DNA of 64,000 bases from an uncultured Gemmatimonadaceae bacterium (GCA_963829055.1 CAWHHI010000012.1:288001-352000), one strand, 5' to 3'; shown: positions 40,283 to 54,811, counted from the stretch's first letter. The notes: generated by a model not told the origin, from the sequence alone. Numbers and translations are program-made.

Positions 40283-41296
40283 GCGAGGCGGGCGATGATG
40301 GCGTCGGAGAATTGTGCGGTGGTCGCGGTGCCGCCCAGGTCGCGCGTGACGGTCTTTCGTTCGCGGATCACGCTCTCCATGGCGTCACGAATGCGGCGCG
40401 CGCGTGCGTGGTCCTCGAGGTGCTCGAGCATCAGGCACGCCGCGTAAATGAGTGCGCCCGGGTTCGCGACGCCCTTCCCCGCGATGTCCGGCGCCGTGCC
40501 GTGCACCGCCTCGAAGATCGCGGCGTTCTCACCGAGGTTGGCGCCTGGCGCGAGACCGAGTCCGCCGACGAGTCCCGAGATGAGATCGGAGAGGATGTCG
40601 CCGAACAGGTTCGTCGTCACGACGACGTCGAAGATCTCCGGCTTGATGACGAGCTGCATGGCCATCGCGTCGACGATGCGCTCGTCGTATTCCACGCGAC
40701 CGGCGAACTCTTTCGCGAGTGCTTGCCCGACTTCCCGAAAGAGGCCGCCGGTCATCTTCAGGATGTTCGCCTTGTGCACGAGCGTGACTTTCTTGCGGCC
40801 GTGCGCGACGCGCGTACTCGAACGCGTAACGAATGATGCGCTCCGAGCCGTAGCGCGTGACGACGGCGGTCGATTCGGCGGCGGCACGCGGATCGGGACC
40901 GATCGCGATGTAGTGCTCGATGCCGGAGTAGAGACCTTCCGTGTTCTCGCGGATGAGCACGATGTCGACGTTCTCGAATCGCCCGCCCGGAACGACGGAA
41001 CGCGCCGGACGTACGTTCGCGTACAGATCGAACGTGCGACGCAGCGCGACGTTGACCGACCGATAGCCACCGCCGACGGGCGTCTCGAGCGGGCCCTTCA
41101 GCGCGAGACCCGTGCGCTCGATCGACTCGATGGTCTCGTCAGGCATCGGATCATCGAACTTGTCGACGGCGGCCATGCCGGCGAGCCGTCGGTCCCATTC
41201 GAATTCGGCGCCCGCCGCTTCGAGAACGCGTACGGTCGCGTCGGTGATGTCAGGTCCGATGCCATCGCCGGGGATCAGCGTGCAGGGAACGCCCAT
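40279..41296 (-). CDS. icd: Isocitrate/isopropylmalate dehydrogenase family (NAD-dependent IDH-like), frameshifted near 40810
   Basis: PGDGIGP, KGPLETP, RENTEGLY in one frame; HKANILK, NLFGDILSD, FEAVHGTAPDIAG in another. Confidence 0.85.
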
Positions 41297-41308
41297 ATGT
41301 CGTTCAGC

Positions 41309-42019
41309 TCAGCGAGCGGGTGTGAAGAGATCGGCGACGCGACCGGCGAGACCAGCGGCGATCGCGGGTGAGAACGTGCGCGCGACGTCGCCGGAGACGT
41401 CGCCCATCCACGTGATCCTCGCGGCGCGCGTATCGACGACGACGAGCATGAAGGCGTCGCGCGACCGCCGCCGCTCGCGTCAGGCGCCAGCCGCATCTCG
41501 ACCGGCACGAACGCGTAGCGCGCGTTGAACAGGCCAGCGAACGCGCGCAGCTGCCCCGCGAGCGGCTCGGCGATGATCTTGTTGGGATCACGCTCGACGG
41601 GCGCGAGCGGGTCGACGCGCGATGGCGTACGGGTCCGACGCGTAGCCCGGGTTCCGCCGCGCCGCACGCGCGAGATCTGCCGGGAATGCCCACTTGCCCT
41701 TGAACGCGCGCTCACGAACGGCGAACGCGATCTCATCGTCGACGGTAGTCAGGTACGCGCGTTGGTCGCCGACGTGGCTGCTCCACTCGGGCACCGTGAA
41801 GCGAAGTGCCTGCAGCGGAAGCACGACCAGCGGCTCGGTGCGAGAGCGGCGCGAGAATGCCTCGCGTTGCGCCTGTGCGCCGCTGGAGACGGACGCTCGT
41901 GCGCTCGCGGTGGACCATGCGGTCGGTGCAGACGCAGCGGCCGCCGGAGTCGAGGCGGGGCGCGCACAGCTCCGCGACGAGCACGCGAGCAGGATGAGTC
42001 GGGAGAGTGAGGCAGTCAC
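41309..42019 (-). CDS. Hypothetical protein (possible lipoprotein), several frameshifts
   Basis: Coding-like segments across frames (LILLAC..., VDDEIAFAV, LAGQLRAFAGL, RITWMGDV). Confidence 0.5.
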
Positions 42020-42155
42020 AGTGGCGGATTGGTAGAGCAAAGGTAACCACGCTGAAGAAGACGCGGCACCGGTGCGTTGATCGCTGATCTTCCGGTTGAT
42101 TCCGCTCGGGCAGCGACCAATTTGGCGGCAACGATACCCCAGGGACGGCACGCGC

Positions 42156-44283
<2,128 letters not shown>

Positions 44284-44345
44284 CGCGAGCTGATGCGATG
44301 CAGCTCGCGCCGCGCAGACGTTCACAGTGCAGCTCAGCAGTACTC

Positions 44346-46742
44346 ATGCGATTGGTGCTCGATCGGCTCGCGTTCGGAGTGCCGCGTAGCGATCGCCGCG
44401 TGCAGCGCGTTAGGCGCCCAGTCCGCGGCGACCACGACGAGCGCGTTCGACTTCTCCATTCCGAGCATCATGCGCGGCCCCGAGCTCTACGGTCGCGAAC
44501 CGCAGCGCGTCCAGTGGAGCGCCGACAGCCAGTGGATCTACTTCCAGTGGAATCCCGCCGGGCACCGACTGGCGTGAGCCGGCGCACCTGTATCGCGTCC
44601 GTGCCGCCGGCGGCGCCGCTCCCGAGCGCGTGAGCGACGCGCAGGCGGACAGCGTCGGCGCCGCTGCTCGAGACCGGCGATCTCGCACGCGACAGGCGCT
44701 CGCGCGTCGTCTCGTCGCAGGGCGACCTGTACATCGTGTCGCTTCCCACCGGGCACCGTTCGTCGGCTCACGCAAACCGTCGCCGACGAGCGAGACCCAC
44801 ATTTCTCCGCCGACGGCCGTCGCGTCTTCTTCGTCCGCGACAACAACGTGTTCTCGATCGACCTCGATGGCGGGCTCGTTCGACAACTGACCGACGTCCG
44901 CGCCGGCCCTGCCCCGAAGGACTCGGCGAAGGCCACAAGGGCAGCGCGGCACGCTCGAGGCGCAGCAGCGCGAGCTGTTCGACGTCATTCGCGATCGCGT
45001 GCGTCAGGACAGCATTCGCGAGGCTGAAGCAGAAGGCGCGCGAAGCGTTGCGCGTGAAGCCGTTCTATCTCGGCACGAACGAGCGCATCGCGTCGCTGTC
45101 CGTGTCGCCGACGGCGAACGCGCTGCTGCTCGTGACGTCGGTGCAGGCGGACAAGGCCGCGCAGACGCGCGTGCCGAACTACGTCACGACGAGCGGCTAC
45201 ACCGAGGAGCTCACCGTCCGCACGAAGGTCGGCGACGCGCAGAGCGGCGGTCGCGTCGCCTACATGAAGTTGCCGAGCGGCGACCTCACGTGGCTGCAGG
45301 TGGTGCCGTCGGATACGACGCAGACCGCCATCGCAGGCGACGACGTTAGGCTGGACCGACGACGGCAGTGCCGCGCTCATCTTCGCCGAGGCGCGCGACT
45401 ACAAGGTCGCGGTACATCCACAGGCTGGACGCGGCGACGGGCAAGCTGCAGACGCTCGATGTCGCTGCGCGACAGCGCGTGGGTCGGCGGGCCGTGCTAC
45501 GGCTGCGGCGGCTGGTACGACGGCGGCAAGCGCCTCTGGTTCGTATCGGAAGCGGACGGCTACGCGCATCTCTACACAATGGACGCGACGGCGGCGATCG
45601 ACGCCAGCTCACCAGCGGCAAGTGGGAAGTAACGGCTGCCCAGCTCTCGCGCCGACGGACGCTCGTTCGAGATCCACACGAGCGAGGCGTCGCCGTTCGA
45701 GCAGCATTTCTATCGCATGCCGGTGACCGGTGGCGCGCGCGAGCGGCTCACGACGAGAGTCGGCGGCCACAACGTCGATCGTGTCGCCCGACGGGACGAT
45801 GCTCGCCGACGTCTTCTCGACGTCGAACGACCGCCGGAGCTGTTCGTGATGCGGAATCGCGCCGGCGCGATCGCCGACGCAGCTCACGACGTCGCCGTCC
45901 GCCGAGTGGCTCGCGTTCAACTGGATCGTGCCGGAGATCGTGATGGTCCCGGCGTCGGACGGCGTGCAGGTGCCGGCGCGCATCTATCGGCCGAAGGACA
46001 TGGGCGCACAGCCTAACGGCGCCGCCGTGATCTTCGTGCACGGCGCGGGATACCTGCACAACGTGCACAACTATTGGTCGACGTATTCGCGCGAGTACAT
46101 GTTCAACCAGTACCTCGCGTCGAAGGGCTACGTCGTGCTCGACCTCGACTATCGCGGCTCCGCGGGCTACGGCCGCGACTGGCGCACGGCGATCTACCGC
46201 TGGATGGGTGGGCGCGACCTGCAGGACCACGTCGACGGCTCGCGGTATCTGGCAGAAGGAGTTCGGCATCGATCCCGAGCGCATCGGCATCTACGGCGGC
46301 AGCTACGGCGGCTTCATCACGCTGATGGCGCTGTTCACGGAGCCGAAGCACTTCGGCGCCGGCGCCGGCCTGCGCAGCGTCACCGACTGGGCGCACTACA
46401 ACCATCGGTACACGGCGCGCATTCTCAACCAGCCGCAGGACGACACGCTCGCGTATCGCCGCTCGTCGCCGATCTACTTCGCGGAGGGGCTCGAGGATCC
46501 GCTGCTCATGGCGCACGGCATGGTCGACGTGAACGTGCACTTCCAGGACATCGTCCGGCTGACGCAGCGGCTGATCGAGCTCGGCAAGACAGGACTGGGA
46601 GCTCGCGCCGTATCCGGTCGAGGACCACGGCTTCGTGCGGCCGTCGTCGTGGACGGACGAGTATCGACGCATCTTCGAGCTGTTCGAGACGCACCTGGCT
46701 CGCCGTGGGCCTGGCGCTTCCGCGACGGGAGGAGCTCGCTGA
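44346..46742 (+). CDS. S9 family prolyl oligopeptidase/dipeptidyl-peptidase IV-like protein, multiple frameshifts
   Basis: [22 protein letters not shown] nucleophile motif, [13 protein letters not shown]. Confidence 0.85.
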
Positions 46743-46997
46743 TGCGTGACAGGGGAATAGCGTTAGGCAACCGCGCCGCTTGCTGCGGCGGGCGGAGTCA
46801 CCGAGGCCCTCGGATGGCTGGCCCGACTTCGACGCGTAGCGAACGTCGTGCGGACGATCGTCGGCGCGCCGGACTACGATCGGTACCTGACGCACATGGC
46901 TGCGCATCACCCGGGCTGCGACGTGGTATCGCGCGACGAGTTCATGAAGCAGCGACTCGAGAGCAGATACTCGCGACCTGGCTCGCGCTGCTGCTGA
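46742..46997 (+). CDS. YbdD/YjiX family small protein (CstA-associated), one frameshift
   Basis: Manual translation ...[56 protein letters not shown] and TGATG overlap. Confidence 0.85.
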
Positions 46998-47029
46998 CGG
47001 CGGCTCCATCGACGCCCTCATCCGTGGCG

Positions 47030-48295
47030 TCACGGCTCGGAAACCGGTAGTCGCGGTGACGCCGCGCTAGGCGTCAGCAGCCGGGCTCCGGTCGATAGCT
47101 GCGGCCGCACGGCCAGTAAGACAATCGCGGCCGCGACCGCCAACGCGGCGCCAAGGTCGAACGCCGCGGTCGGCCCGTAGCGATCCCACACGGCACCGAA
47201 CAGCAGCGACGCCGGCAGTGCGCCGATCCCGATCGCGAGATTGTACCAGCCAAACGCCGTTCCGCGGCGACGCTGCCCCACGAGATCCGCCACGAGAGCG
47301 CGTTCCGTTCCCTCGGTGAGGCCGAAGAAGATCCCGTAGGTCAGGAACAAGACCCACGCGTGCCACGTCGCCGTCGCACGTCCAAAGGCGAAGTACACCG
47401 CGGCGTAGACCGCCCAGCCGGCGAGAATCAATGGTTTGCGTCCCAGGCGATCGGACAGCGCACCGCCCGGCACGCTGGCGGCCGACTTCACGACGTGCAA
47501 TGCCGCCCAGAGGATCGGCACGAGCGCGACCGATACGCCGAGCTGGTTCGCGCGCAGGATGAGAAACGCGTCCGTGGAGTTGCCGAGCGTGAACAACAGG
47601 ACGGACGCGAAGAACGTCCAGAATGGACGGCCAAGCTCGGCCGCACCGGCTGCCGATACCTGCGGAGCGGCGGTTGGTTCCGAGGCCGGGACGTCCCGCG
47701 GCGTCTCGCGAACACCGGCGACCAGAACAATGACTGACAGCACCCCTGGTATCGCCGCGAGCAGGAAGACGGTTCGCAGTGGAATGTGCTCCCACTTGAG
47801 CAGGGCGAACGCGATGAGTGGACCCACCACTGCGCCCGCGTGATCCGCCGAGCGGTGAAAGCCGAAGGCGCGACCACGAATCGACGGGTGCACAGATTCA
47901 GCGATCAACGCGTCCCGGGGCGCGCCGCGCACGCCCTTCCCCACCCGATCCACGAGGCGGATAGCCAGAACCTGCGTTGCCGATTGCGCGATGCCGATCA
48001 ACGGCCTCGCCAGTGACGCGAGCGCGTATCCCGCCACGACGAGCGGCTTCCGCCGGCTCACACGATCCGACCACCAGCCACTCGCGAGCTTGAGAAGCGC
48101 GGACGTCGTCTCCGCCGCGCCTTCGATCGCGCCAACGGCCGAAGCACTCGCGCCAAGTACCGTCGTCAGGAAAATCGGCAGTAGCGGGTAGATGATCTCG
48201 CTCGACGCGTCGGTCAGGAACGAAACGGCGGCGAGCACGAGCACGTTGCGGCCGAGGCGCGGAATGCCGCCGGGCGTGGCGGATTGATCAGACAT
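47030..48295 (-). CDS. MFS transporter
   Basis: 12 [37 protein letters not shown]. Confidence 0.93.
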   Translation of the reverse strand: MSDQSATPGGIPRLGRNVLVLAAVSFLTDASSEIIYPLLPIFLTTVLGASASAVGAIEGAAETTSALLKLASGWWSDRVSRRKPLVVAGYALASLARPLIGIAQSATQVLAIRLVDRVGKGVRGAPRDALIAESVHPSIRGRAFGFHRSADHAGAVVGPLIAFALLKWEHIPLRTVFLLAAIPGVLSVIVLVAGVRETPRDVPASEPTAAPQVSAAGAAELGRPFWTFFASVLLFTLGNSTDAFLILRANQLGVSVALVPILWAALHVVKSAASVPGGALSDRLGRKPLILAGWAVYAAVYFAFGRATATWHAWVLFLTYGIFFGLTEGTERALVADLVGQRRRGTAFGWYNLAIGIGALPASLLFGAVWDRYGPTAAFDLGAALAVAAAIVLLAVRPQLSTGARLLTPSAASPRLPVSEP

Positions 48296-48353
48296 GACCA
48301 GAAGCTACGGTCGCGGCATCGTGTGCGCCCGGCGACGCCGGTTAGAATTACGC

Positions 48354-49559
48354 ATGCCCACGACGCGCGTGTCCGACTCCCCGACGACCCGCACGCACCG
48401 CGCTTTGACGGACGCGCATGCGCGGATCGCCGCGCGCGACGCCGCGATCATCCGCACGCAGATCGCCGTCTCGCAGATCGCCGCACCAACCGGCGACGAG
48501 GGGCTGCGTGCGGCGTGGGTGCAGGCGAAGCTTCGGTCGATGGGACTGCATGATGCGCACATTGATTCCGCCGGGAATGTCGTCGCGACGCGGTTCGGGC
48601 TGGCGCACACGCAACCGGTGCTCGTGTGTGCGCACCTCGACACCGTCTTCGCACGCGATGTCGCGCTCACGTTTCGTCAGGAGGGGGATCGCGTGACGGG
48701 TCCCGGCATTGGCGACAACGGTCGCGGGTTGGCGGCCATGCTCGCGATCGCCGAGGAGATGGACGGTCGCGGGTTGCGGACGCGGCGACCGATCGTGTTC
48801 GCGGCGACCACGGGTGAGGAAGGCGCGGGTGATCTTCGTGGCGCGAAGCACCTGTTCGCGCATCTATCCGACGAGCCGGCGGCCGCGATCGCGCTCGATG
48901 GCGCCGGCGACGAGCGCATCGTCCACAAGGCGCTCGGCTCGCGCCGTTATCACATTGCGTTTCGTGGTCCCGGCGGCCACAGCTGGGCGGCGTTCGGGAT
49001 ACCTAACGCGGTGCATGCGGCGGCATCGGCGGCGTCGATGCTGGCATCGCTTCCGTTGCCCAAGACGCCGCGCACGACGCTCTCGGTGAGCCGCATCGGT
49101 GGCGGCACGTCGATCAATTCGATCCCCGAGCAGGGCTGGCTCGAGGTGGATCTGCGATCGACGTCGGCGTCGGTGCTCGAGCGGTTCGATCGCGAGGTCC
49201 GGATCATCGTTCGTGCGGCGGCACAGCAGGAGAACGCGCGCCGCGCCACAGCGACGCCCCCGCTGGCGTACGACGTGATGGTGATCGGCGATCGACCGTC
49301 CGGCGAGATCTCCGCCGACCATCCGCTGGTGCTGAGCGCGATCGAGGCGACGCAGCTCATCGATCGTGAGCCTGAGCTGGCGGCGGCGTCTACCGACGCA
49401 AACGTGCCGATCGCGGCGGGAATTCCTGCGATCGCGATCGGTGCCGGCGGCCGCGGTGGCGACGCGCACACGGCCGGCGAGTGGTACCACAACATCGAGG
49501 GCACACTCGGCATCGCCCGCGCGATGACGATCCTCGCGACAGCGGCGGAGCTGGCCTAA
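48354..49559 (+). CDS. M20/M25/M40 metallopeptidase (peptidase T-like)
   Basis: AHLDTV, GDN, GEEG, GGHSW, STDAN, AHT..E. Confidence 0.9.
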   Translation: MPTTRVSDSPTTRTHRALTDAHARIAARDAAIIRTQIAVSQIAAPTGDEGLRAAWVQAKLRSMGLHDAHIDSAGNVVATRFGLAHTQPVLVCAHLDTVFARDVALTFRQEGDRVTGPGIGDNGRGLAAMLAIAEEMDGRGLRTRRPIVFAATTGEEGAGDLRGAKHLFAHLSDEPAAAIALDGAGDERIVHKALGSRRYHIAFRGPGGHSWAAFGIPNAVHAAASAASMLASLPLPKTPRTTLSVSRIGGGTSINSIPEQGWLEVDLRSTSASVLERFDREVRIIVRAAAQQENARRATATPPLAYDVMVIGDRPSGEISADHPLVLSAIEATQLIDREPELAAASTDANVPIAAGIPAIAIGAGGRGGDAHTAGEWYHNIEGTLGIARAMTILATAAELA

Positions 49560-49565
49560 CGCGGC

Positions 49566-49830
49566 GTCATCCCGAGCGCCAGCGCGAGGAGCGCACGACG
49601 AGCCTCGGGAGGTCATCGTGCCGGCTGGCGTTCTGCGACTCGACGGCGGAACGCAGAGCGCCTGACGCGCAGACGACGCAGAAAGATGAACAATTGCATG
49701 CCGTTTCTGCGAGGTCTGAGCGCTCAGAGCCGTCTGCGTTGCGTAGTGCCAGCCGCCTGGATCGAAATCGAGGCCGGCACTGCCGGCCCGATAACGGTCG
49801 AGAAGGTCCCTCGCTGGCGCTCGGGATGAC
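49566..49830. repeat. 265-bp MITE/REP-like element with terminal inverted repeats
   Basis: GTCATCCCGAGCGCCAGCG ... CGCTGGCGCTCGGGATGAC between convergent genes. Confidence 0.75.
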
Positions 49831-49835
49831 AGTGA

Positions 49836-50286
49836 TCACCCCTGCCTGAGCGCGCAGCCCCAGACGAACACGAACGCCGCCAGTACGAAGTGGAAGACGA
49901 TCGGGATGAGCACGCCGCGGCGCTCCGGACGCGCAAGCGCGTAGCGTATCGCCCGTACGACCATGCCGAGCGCGTACACGTAGCTCCCCCAGATCAGCCA
50001 CGCGCCAGCGACCGGCGATCCAACGCCTAACGGGACGAACTGTCCACGTCACCGACGATACGACCATCGTCATGAACACGACGAACGCGATCTGCGTCGG
50101 CAGCAGGTAGCGGTACGGCATGAGCCCGGAATACCACCGGGCCATTGGCGGCAGCCACTGTGGCGCTCTGGTCGCGACAACGATCTGGCCGACCACGCGC
50201 AGCACGAACAGCCCAAGCAGCACACCGAGGACGAGTGCACTGACGCGTGCGGGCAGCGTCAGCACGAGCGGTGGGTTCGGAAGCAC
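49836..50286 (-). CDS. Small membrane protein, frameshifted near 50035
   Basis: LFVLRVVGQ...WYSGLMPYRYLLPTQI, then in another frame WGSYVYALGMVVR...IPIVFHFVLAAF. Confidence 0.65.
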
Positions 50287-50316
50287 GCCCTGTCCGGTGG
50301 TACGGAGCGCTCGCGG

Positions 50317-51447
50317 CTACGCCGCGGGCCGGCCGGCTGACGTCGCCGCGATCCGCTCCGCCGCGAGTGCCGCGTCGCGCCGGATGTTGTACAGACCACC
50401 CGTGGCGTCGTACGTATGACCTACGAAGTAGAGGTGCGGCTGATCGGCGCTCGTCACGCGGTCTGTGCGGAGCGCGAATCCCTTGGCGTCCGTTCGAACC
50501 AGGCCGCCTAACGGGGAGAGCGCCGGCGTGAATCCCGTCGCGAAGATGACGTCGTCGAACGGCTCCTCGACGCCATCAGTGAAGCGGACGCCAGTCTCCG
50601 TGAACGACGCGACGCCCGGACGCATCGCGACGGCTCCCGCACGAATGGCATCGACCAGATGGAATCCGATGAGCGGGATCGAGTCCAGCACGCCGTGCGA
50701 TGGCCTTGGCAGCACGGGCTTCCCGCGCCGAAGTTCGGTGACCTTGCCCATGGCGCTGGCAATCGCGCGGCGCGCGCCAACGGGCAAGCCGCGCATCGCG
50801 AACGCGAGGTACTGGATCGGGATACCCGCGATCCGCAGAGGCACGACGTTCGCGCCCGAGCGCACTGCGACCGCGACGTGCGCGCCCGAGCGTGCCAGCT
50901 CGCTCGCGATCTCGCCGCCAGAGTTGCCCACACCGATCACGAGGACGCGACGGCCCTCGAAGCCAACCGGGTTGCGATACTCGACGCTGTGGCAAACGCG
51001 GCCACGGTAGCGTTCACGTCCTGGCACGCTCGGCGTACGCGGCGCGGCGACAATGCCGGTCGCCACGACGACATCGCGTGCAGCGATATCCGTCTTCGTC
51101 GTTCGCACGATCCATTCGTCGCCATGTCGGTCGACCGCGGTGACGGTCACGCCGGTCTCGACAGGCAGCTCGAGCACTTCCACGTAGCGATGCAGATACG
51201 CGACGAAGTCGCGACGGCTCGGGAAGATCGGCACGCGTCGGTCGAACGACATTCCTGGCAGCGTCGACAGGTGCTTGCCTGTATGCAACGTTAGGCTGTC
51301 GTAGAGGTGCATCCAGGTGTGGCCCGCTGATGTGCCACGCTCGAGCACCACATGCCCGATGCCACGTCTCCGCAACTCGGCCGACGTCGCCAGGCCGGCA
51401 GGGCCGCCACCCACCACGACCACTGGGTACCGCTCAGCGGTCGACAA
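50317..51447 (-). CDS. Flavin-containing monooxygenase (class B)
   Basis: GGGPAG FAD motif, VATG, HSVEY, GVGNSG NADPH motif, FATGF. Confidence 0.9.
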   Translation of the reverse strand: MSTAERYPVVVVGGGPAGLATSAELRRRGIGHVVLERGTSAGHTWMHLYDSLTLHTGKHLSTLPGMSFDRRVPIFPSRRDFVAYLHRYVEVLELPVETGVTVTAVDRHGDEWIVRTTKTDIAARDVVVATGIVAAPRTPSVPGRERYRGRVCHSVEYRNPVGFEGRRVLVIGVGNSGGEIASELARSGAHVAVAVRSGANVVPLRIAGIPIQYLAFAMRGLPVGARRAIASAMGKVTELRRGKPVLPRPSHGVLDSIPLIGFHLVDAIRAGAVAMRPGVASFTETGVRFTDGVEEPFDDVIFATGFTPALSPLGGLVRTDAKGFALRTDRVTSADQPHLYFVGHTYDATGGLYNIRRDAALAAERIAATSAGRPAA

Positions 51448-52102
51448 GCAGCATCCCGCCCCGGTAGAAGCAGTACAGCGCGGCCATCTGAACGACGTGA
51501 AAGAGGTCGTTGTGGTTGAAGTGCCGGTGCGGCGCGACGCGACGCGCCTGTATGACCGCCGCGACCACCGAGACAGCAACGCCGGCGATGAGCCAGGTAC
51601 TGCCGGGCAGGTGCCATCGCACCATCGCGTACACCGTCCCGGCGAGCAGAATCGCGAGCGCGCCGCCGTAGTCGGCGGCCGCGACGCGGAACTCCGGTCG
51701 ACGAGTCACGTTGATCCAGTAGACAACGAGCTTGAGTGCCGCGAAAACGAGGATCGCCGTGCGGGTGCTTCCGCGCGCGGCGAAGAATGCCACCGACGCC
51801 ACCGTACCGACGCCGATGAAGCCGGTCGCGTAGAGCGCCGCGCGCCACATCCGGTCGCGCCCAGCGGCATCGCTCCGCGGATCGAGGCCGTGTGCGACGG
51901 CGCCGAGAAACGCGGCGAGCGAGGTGGCGAGCAAGCCGCCCCCGAGTACGCTGGACGCCGCCACTCCCTGGGCGGCCCCATTCAGCGCGAGCCTGGCGGC
52001 GAGCACGAACGCAAACCCACCGAGGATGACATTCGTGAGCACCGTCATCGGTTCGGTGATGCCGTTCCACCGCGGCAGCGGGTCGGTGCCGACAGTGGTC
52101 AT
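51434..52102 (-). CDS. Multi-TM membrane protein with conserved His residues (DUF6962-like)
   Basis: EPMTVLTN, AVAHG, HFNHNDLFHVVQ. Confidence 0.7.
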   Translation of the reverse strand: MTTVGTDPLPRWNGITEPMTVLTNVILGGFAFVLAARLALNGAAQGVAASSVLGGGLLATSLAAFLGAVAHGLDPRSDAAGRDRMWRAALYATGFIGVGTVASVAFFAARGSTRTAILVFAALKLVVYWINVTRRPEFRVAAADYGGALAILLAGTVYAMVRWHLPGSTWLIAGVAVSVVAAVIQARRVAPHRHFNHNDLFHVVQMAALYCFYRGGMLLVDR

Positions 52103-52109
52103 GGTCGCC

Positions 52110-53556
52110 CTACGGCTCGAGAAGTGCGACGTGATGTCGGTACCATTCGCTCTGGAAACGCTCGTTAGGGTCGTAGTGCCGTTTGAGACGGAGGAACTCG
52201 GGAAACTCAGGGTAGCACCGCAGCAGCTGCGATCGCGTGGCGAACGTGTGATACGTCAGGAACCAACTGCCCTCACGACGCGCCGCCATCTCGATCAGGC
52301 GGCGGAACGCCGAGGCCGTGTGTTCGATGCCGTCCGCGGTGTGATGCGTGTGGAGATTGAAGATCGTACACGCGTACGGCTGCTTCGCCCACGCGAGAAA
52401 GCTCTCGGTATCCCGTTCGATGAGTCTGATCGTGCCGTAGATGCAGTCCACACGGTTCAGGCGGAAGTCATCCGCGGCCTCGGCGAGAAAATCGGGCAAC
52501 GACTCACGCGGCACGTACAGCTCACTGATGATCTCCGTGGCCGGACCAGACGCGTGTGATTCGTGATCGAGCCACGAGTGATAGTCGTCGATGTACGTGC
52601 TCAGTTGATGCGTATCTGACCAGTAGACCTGGCCGTTCGTGGCGAGATAGTGCCTGGTGTACGCATCCCACGCGCCCTGTTTGTCGAAGTGCGCGAGCCA
52701 CAGCAGCTTTTTCCAATCCGACGGCGACAGCGCGCGCTGTTGTTCGGGGATAGGTGTGTAGTTGGATACTGGGCGGTAGCACGAGAAGATGCCGCGTCTC
52801 AGGAAGTCGTCGGACGCGGGATCGAGCGCGAACTGGAAGTCCCCGAACTTGTATCCATCGGCGATGCGCTCATCGAACCGCGCGATCAGGCGTTCCGCTG
52901 TCTCGACCTCGACCGCGCGTCGCACCTTGTGCCTCGGCACGAGACGCACGGTCACAGTGTCGATGAAGCCGAACAGGCCGTATCCGCCGCACACGAGACG
53001 GAAGAGTTCCGGGTTCTCGCTACGGCTACACCGTCGACGCTCGCCACTGGCGTCAATGAGGGTGAGCGCTTCGACGTCGGCGACGAACGGACGCAGCGTC
53101 GAGGCCGCGGCCGTGCACGTTGGCACTCACGGCACCGCCGATGCTCAGGCGATCCGCGCCGGTCTGTTTCTGCTGGATTCCCCACTGTGCCTCGGCCCCG
53201 TTCTGACGTTCGACCAGCCAGTCGATGAGCTCGGGCCATTGCATGCCCGACTCGACCTCGATGAGGCCACGTTCGGCGTCGAAGTGTCGGACGCCACGGT
53301 ACGATTGGGTGTCGAGCAGGACCCCGCCCTGCGCGAATTGCTGCCCGCCCATAGCGTGGCGACCGCCGGCGACGCAGATGGTCCGGCCAGCCTCGCCTGC
53401 GGCGAGTATCGCGGCACGGGCGTCGTCCGCCGAGCGCACGGTGACGACGCGGTCGACGACGGTCGGGTTGAGGCGTGAGTGTACGTCGTTGACCACGACG
53501 CCCGACGGCGACGGCTCGTGGTAGGGCGGATCGACGCGGTTGGCTGCAGTAGGCAT
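52110..53556 (-). CDS. FAD-binding oxidoreductase (FAD_binding_4/DprE1-ALO-like), frameshifted near 53100
   Basis: GGRHAMGGQ, SIGGAVSANVHGRG, ENPELF...GGYGLFG, DPNERFQS. Confidence 0.85.
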
Positions 53557-53653
53557 TGGAGGTCCCTGAGGCCTGTTCCAGCTTCCGATTAGCTAGTTCG
53601 GAATCTGGACTCGCGGGCTCGTGTCCCCCATACGACGCTTTACGTAGACGGGC

Positions 53654-53815
53654 GTCATTACGAGGCGTTGTCATTCCGAGCGGAGGTCGTCGTCATTCCG
53701 AGCGAGCCGAGCGAGTCGAGGAATCGCGACCGTCCCGATAGAGGGGCCCCTCTACCCGGTATGATCGCGATTCCTCGACTGCGTCGCCCTCGGAACGCAT
53801 CCGCTCGGAGATGAC
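53654..53815. repeat. GTCATTCCGAGCG-family palindromic element with triplicated left end
   Basis: GTCATT(A/C)CGAG starts at 53654, 53670, 53692; internal GTCGAGGAATCGCGA/TCGCGATTCCTCGAC; ends CGCTCGGAGATGAC. Confidence 0.75.
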
Positions 53816-54801
53816 TACATCGCCCGTACCTCGGAGTCGTCACCCAGCGTCAACTCGCCATTGACGCCCTCGATCACCACCGAGTCGCCAATGAGCGAGT
53901 TCACCAGCTTCGAGCCCGTGATCTTCGTGCTCGAACCCACGAGCGTGTCCTTGAGCTCCGACTTCTCGATGACCGACCCGCGCCCGATCGACACGTTAGG
54001 ACCTATTCGCGCGCCTTTCAGCACCACGTCGTCCTCGATGTAGACGGGATCGATGATGGTCGAATCGCCGTCGGTCTTCGGCCGCCGCGCGTGGCCTTTC
54101 TCGAGCATCACGCGATTCGTCTCGAGCAGCGTGTCGATCTTCCCCGCGTCGTACCAGCCCTCGACGTCGATCACGCGGATCTTCGCGCCGTGGTCGATCA
54201 TGTACTGGAACGCGTCGGTGAGATAGTACTCGCCCTTGTTCTTGGGCTGCGTGAGCACCCAGTCGATGCCCTCGTAGAGCAGCTTCCAGTTCCGGATATA
54301 ATAGAGGCCGATGTTCGCGCGCTTGGAGATCGGCGTGCTCGGCTTCTCGACGATCTTCGTCATGTTGCCGTCGGCATCGGTGACGACGACGCCGAAGCGC
54401 TGATAGTCCTCGACTTCCTTGACCCAGATGATGCCGTCGGCGTCGATCGTCTTCGTGACCGACAGGTCCGCGTCGAAGATCGTGTCGACGAAGATGATCA
54501 GCACTGGCTGGTCGACGTGCTCACGCGCCAGCGCGATCGCGCCCGCCGTTCCGTCCTGCACCTTCTGCTCGATGAACACGCTCGGGATGTCGGCGAAGTT
54601 CGTCCGGGCATACTCCTCGACTTTCTCCTTGAGGTGCCCGGTGATGTAGACGATCTCCTCGACGTTGCCGAGTCGCCGCAGGTCGTCGAGGACGTACTCC
54701 ATCACCGGCTTGCCGGCGATCTTGAGCATCGGTTTCGGCGTGATGTGCGTGTGCGGGCGCAGGCGCGTGCCTTTGCCGGCGAGCGGAATGATCACCTTCA
54801 T
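53815..54801 (-). CDS. Sugar-phosphate nucleotidyltransferase with C-terminal beta-helix
   Basis: AGKGTRLRPHT..PKP, VEKP, GEYYLTDA, WYDAG. Confidence 0.92.
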   Translation of the reverse strand: MKVIIPLAGKGTRLRPHTHITPKPMLKIAGKPVMEYVLDDLRRLGNVEEIVYITGHLKEKVEEYARTNFADIPSVFIEQKVQDGTAGAIALAREHVDQPVLIIFVDTIFDADLSVTKTIDADGIIWVKEVEDYQRFGVVVTDADGNMTKIVEKPSTPISKRANIGLYYIRNWKLLYEGIDWVLTQPKNKGEYYLTDAFQYMIDHGAKIRVIDVEGWYDAGKIDTLLETNRVMLEKGHARRPKTDGDSTIIDPVYIEDDVVLKGARIGPNVSIGRGSVIEKSELKDTLVGSSTKITGSKLVNSLIGDSVVIEGVNGELTLGDDSEVRAM

Positions 54802-54811
54802 TGCGTGAGCC

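Noticed and set aside
46989..46997. Selenocysteine readthrough in the YjiX-family gene
   Set aside because: Both terminal Cys are TGC codons, so the following TGA is best read as a normal stop
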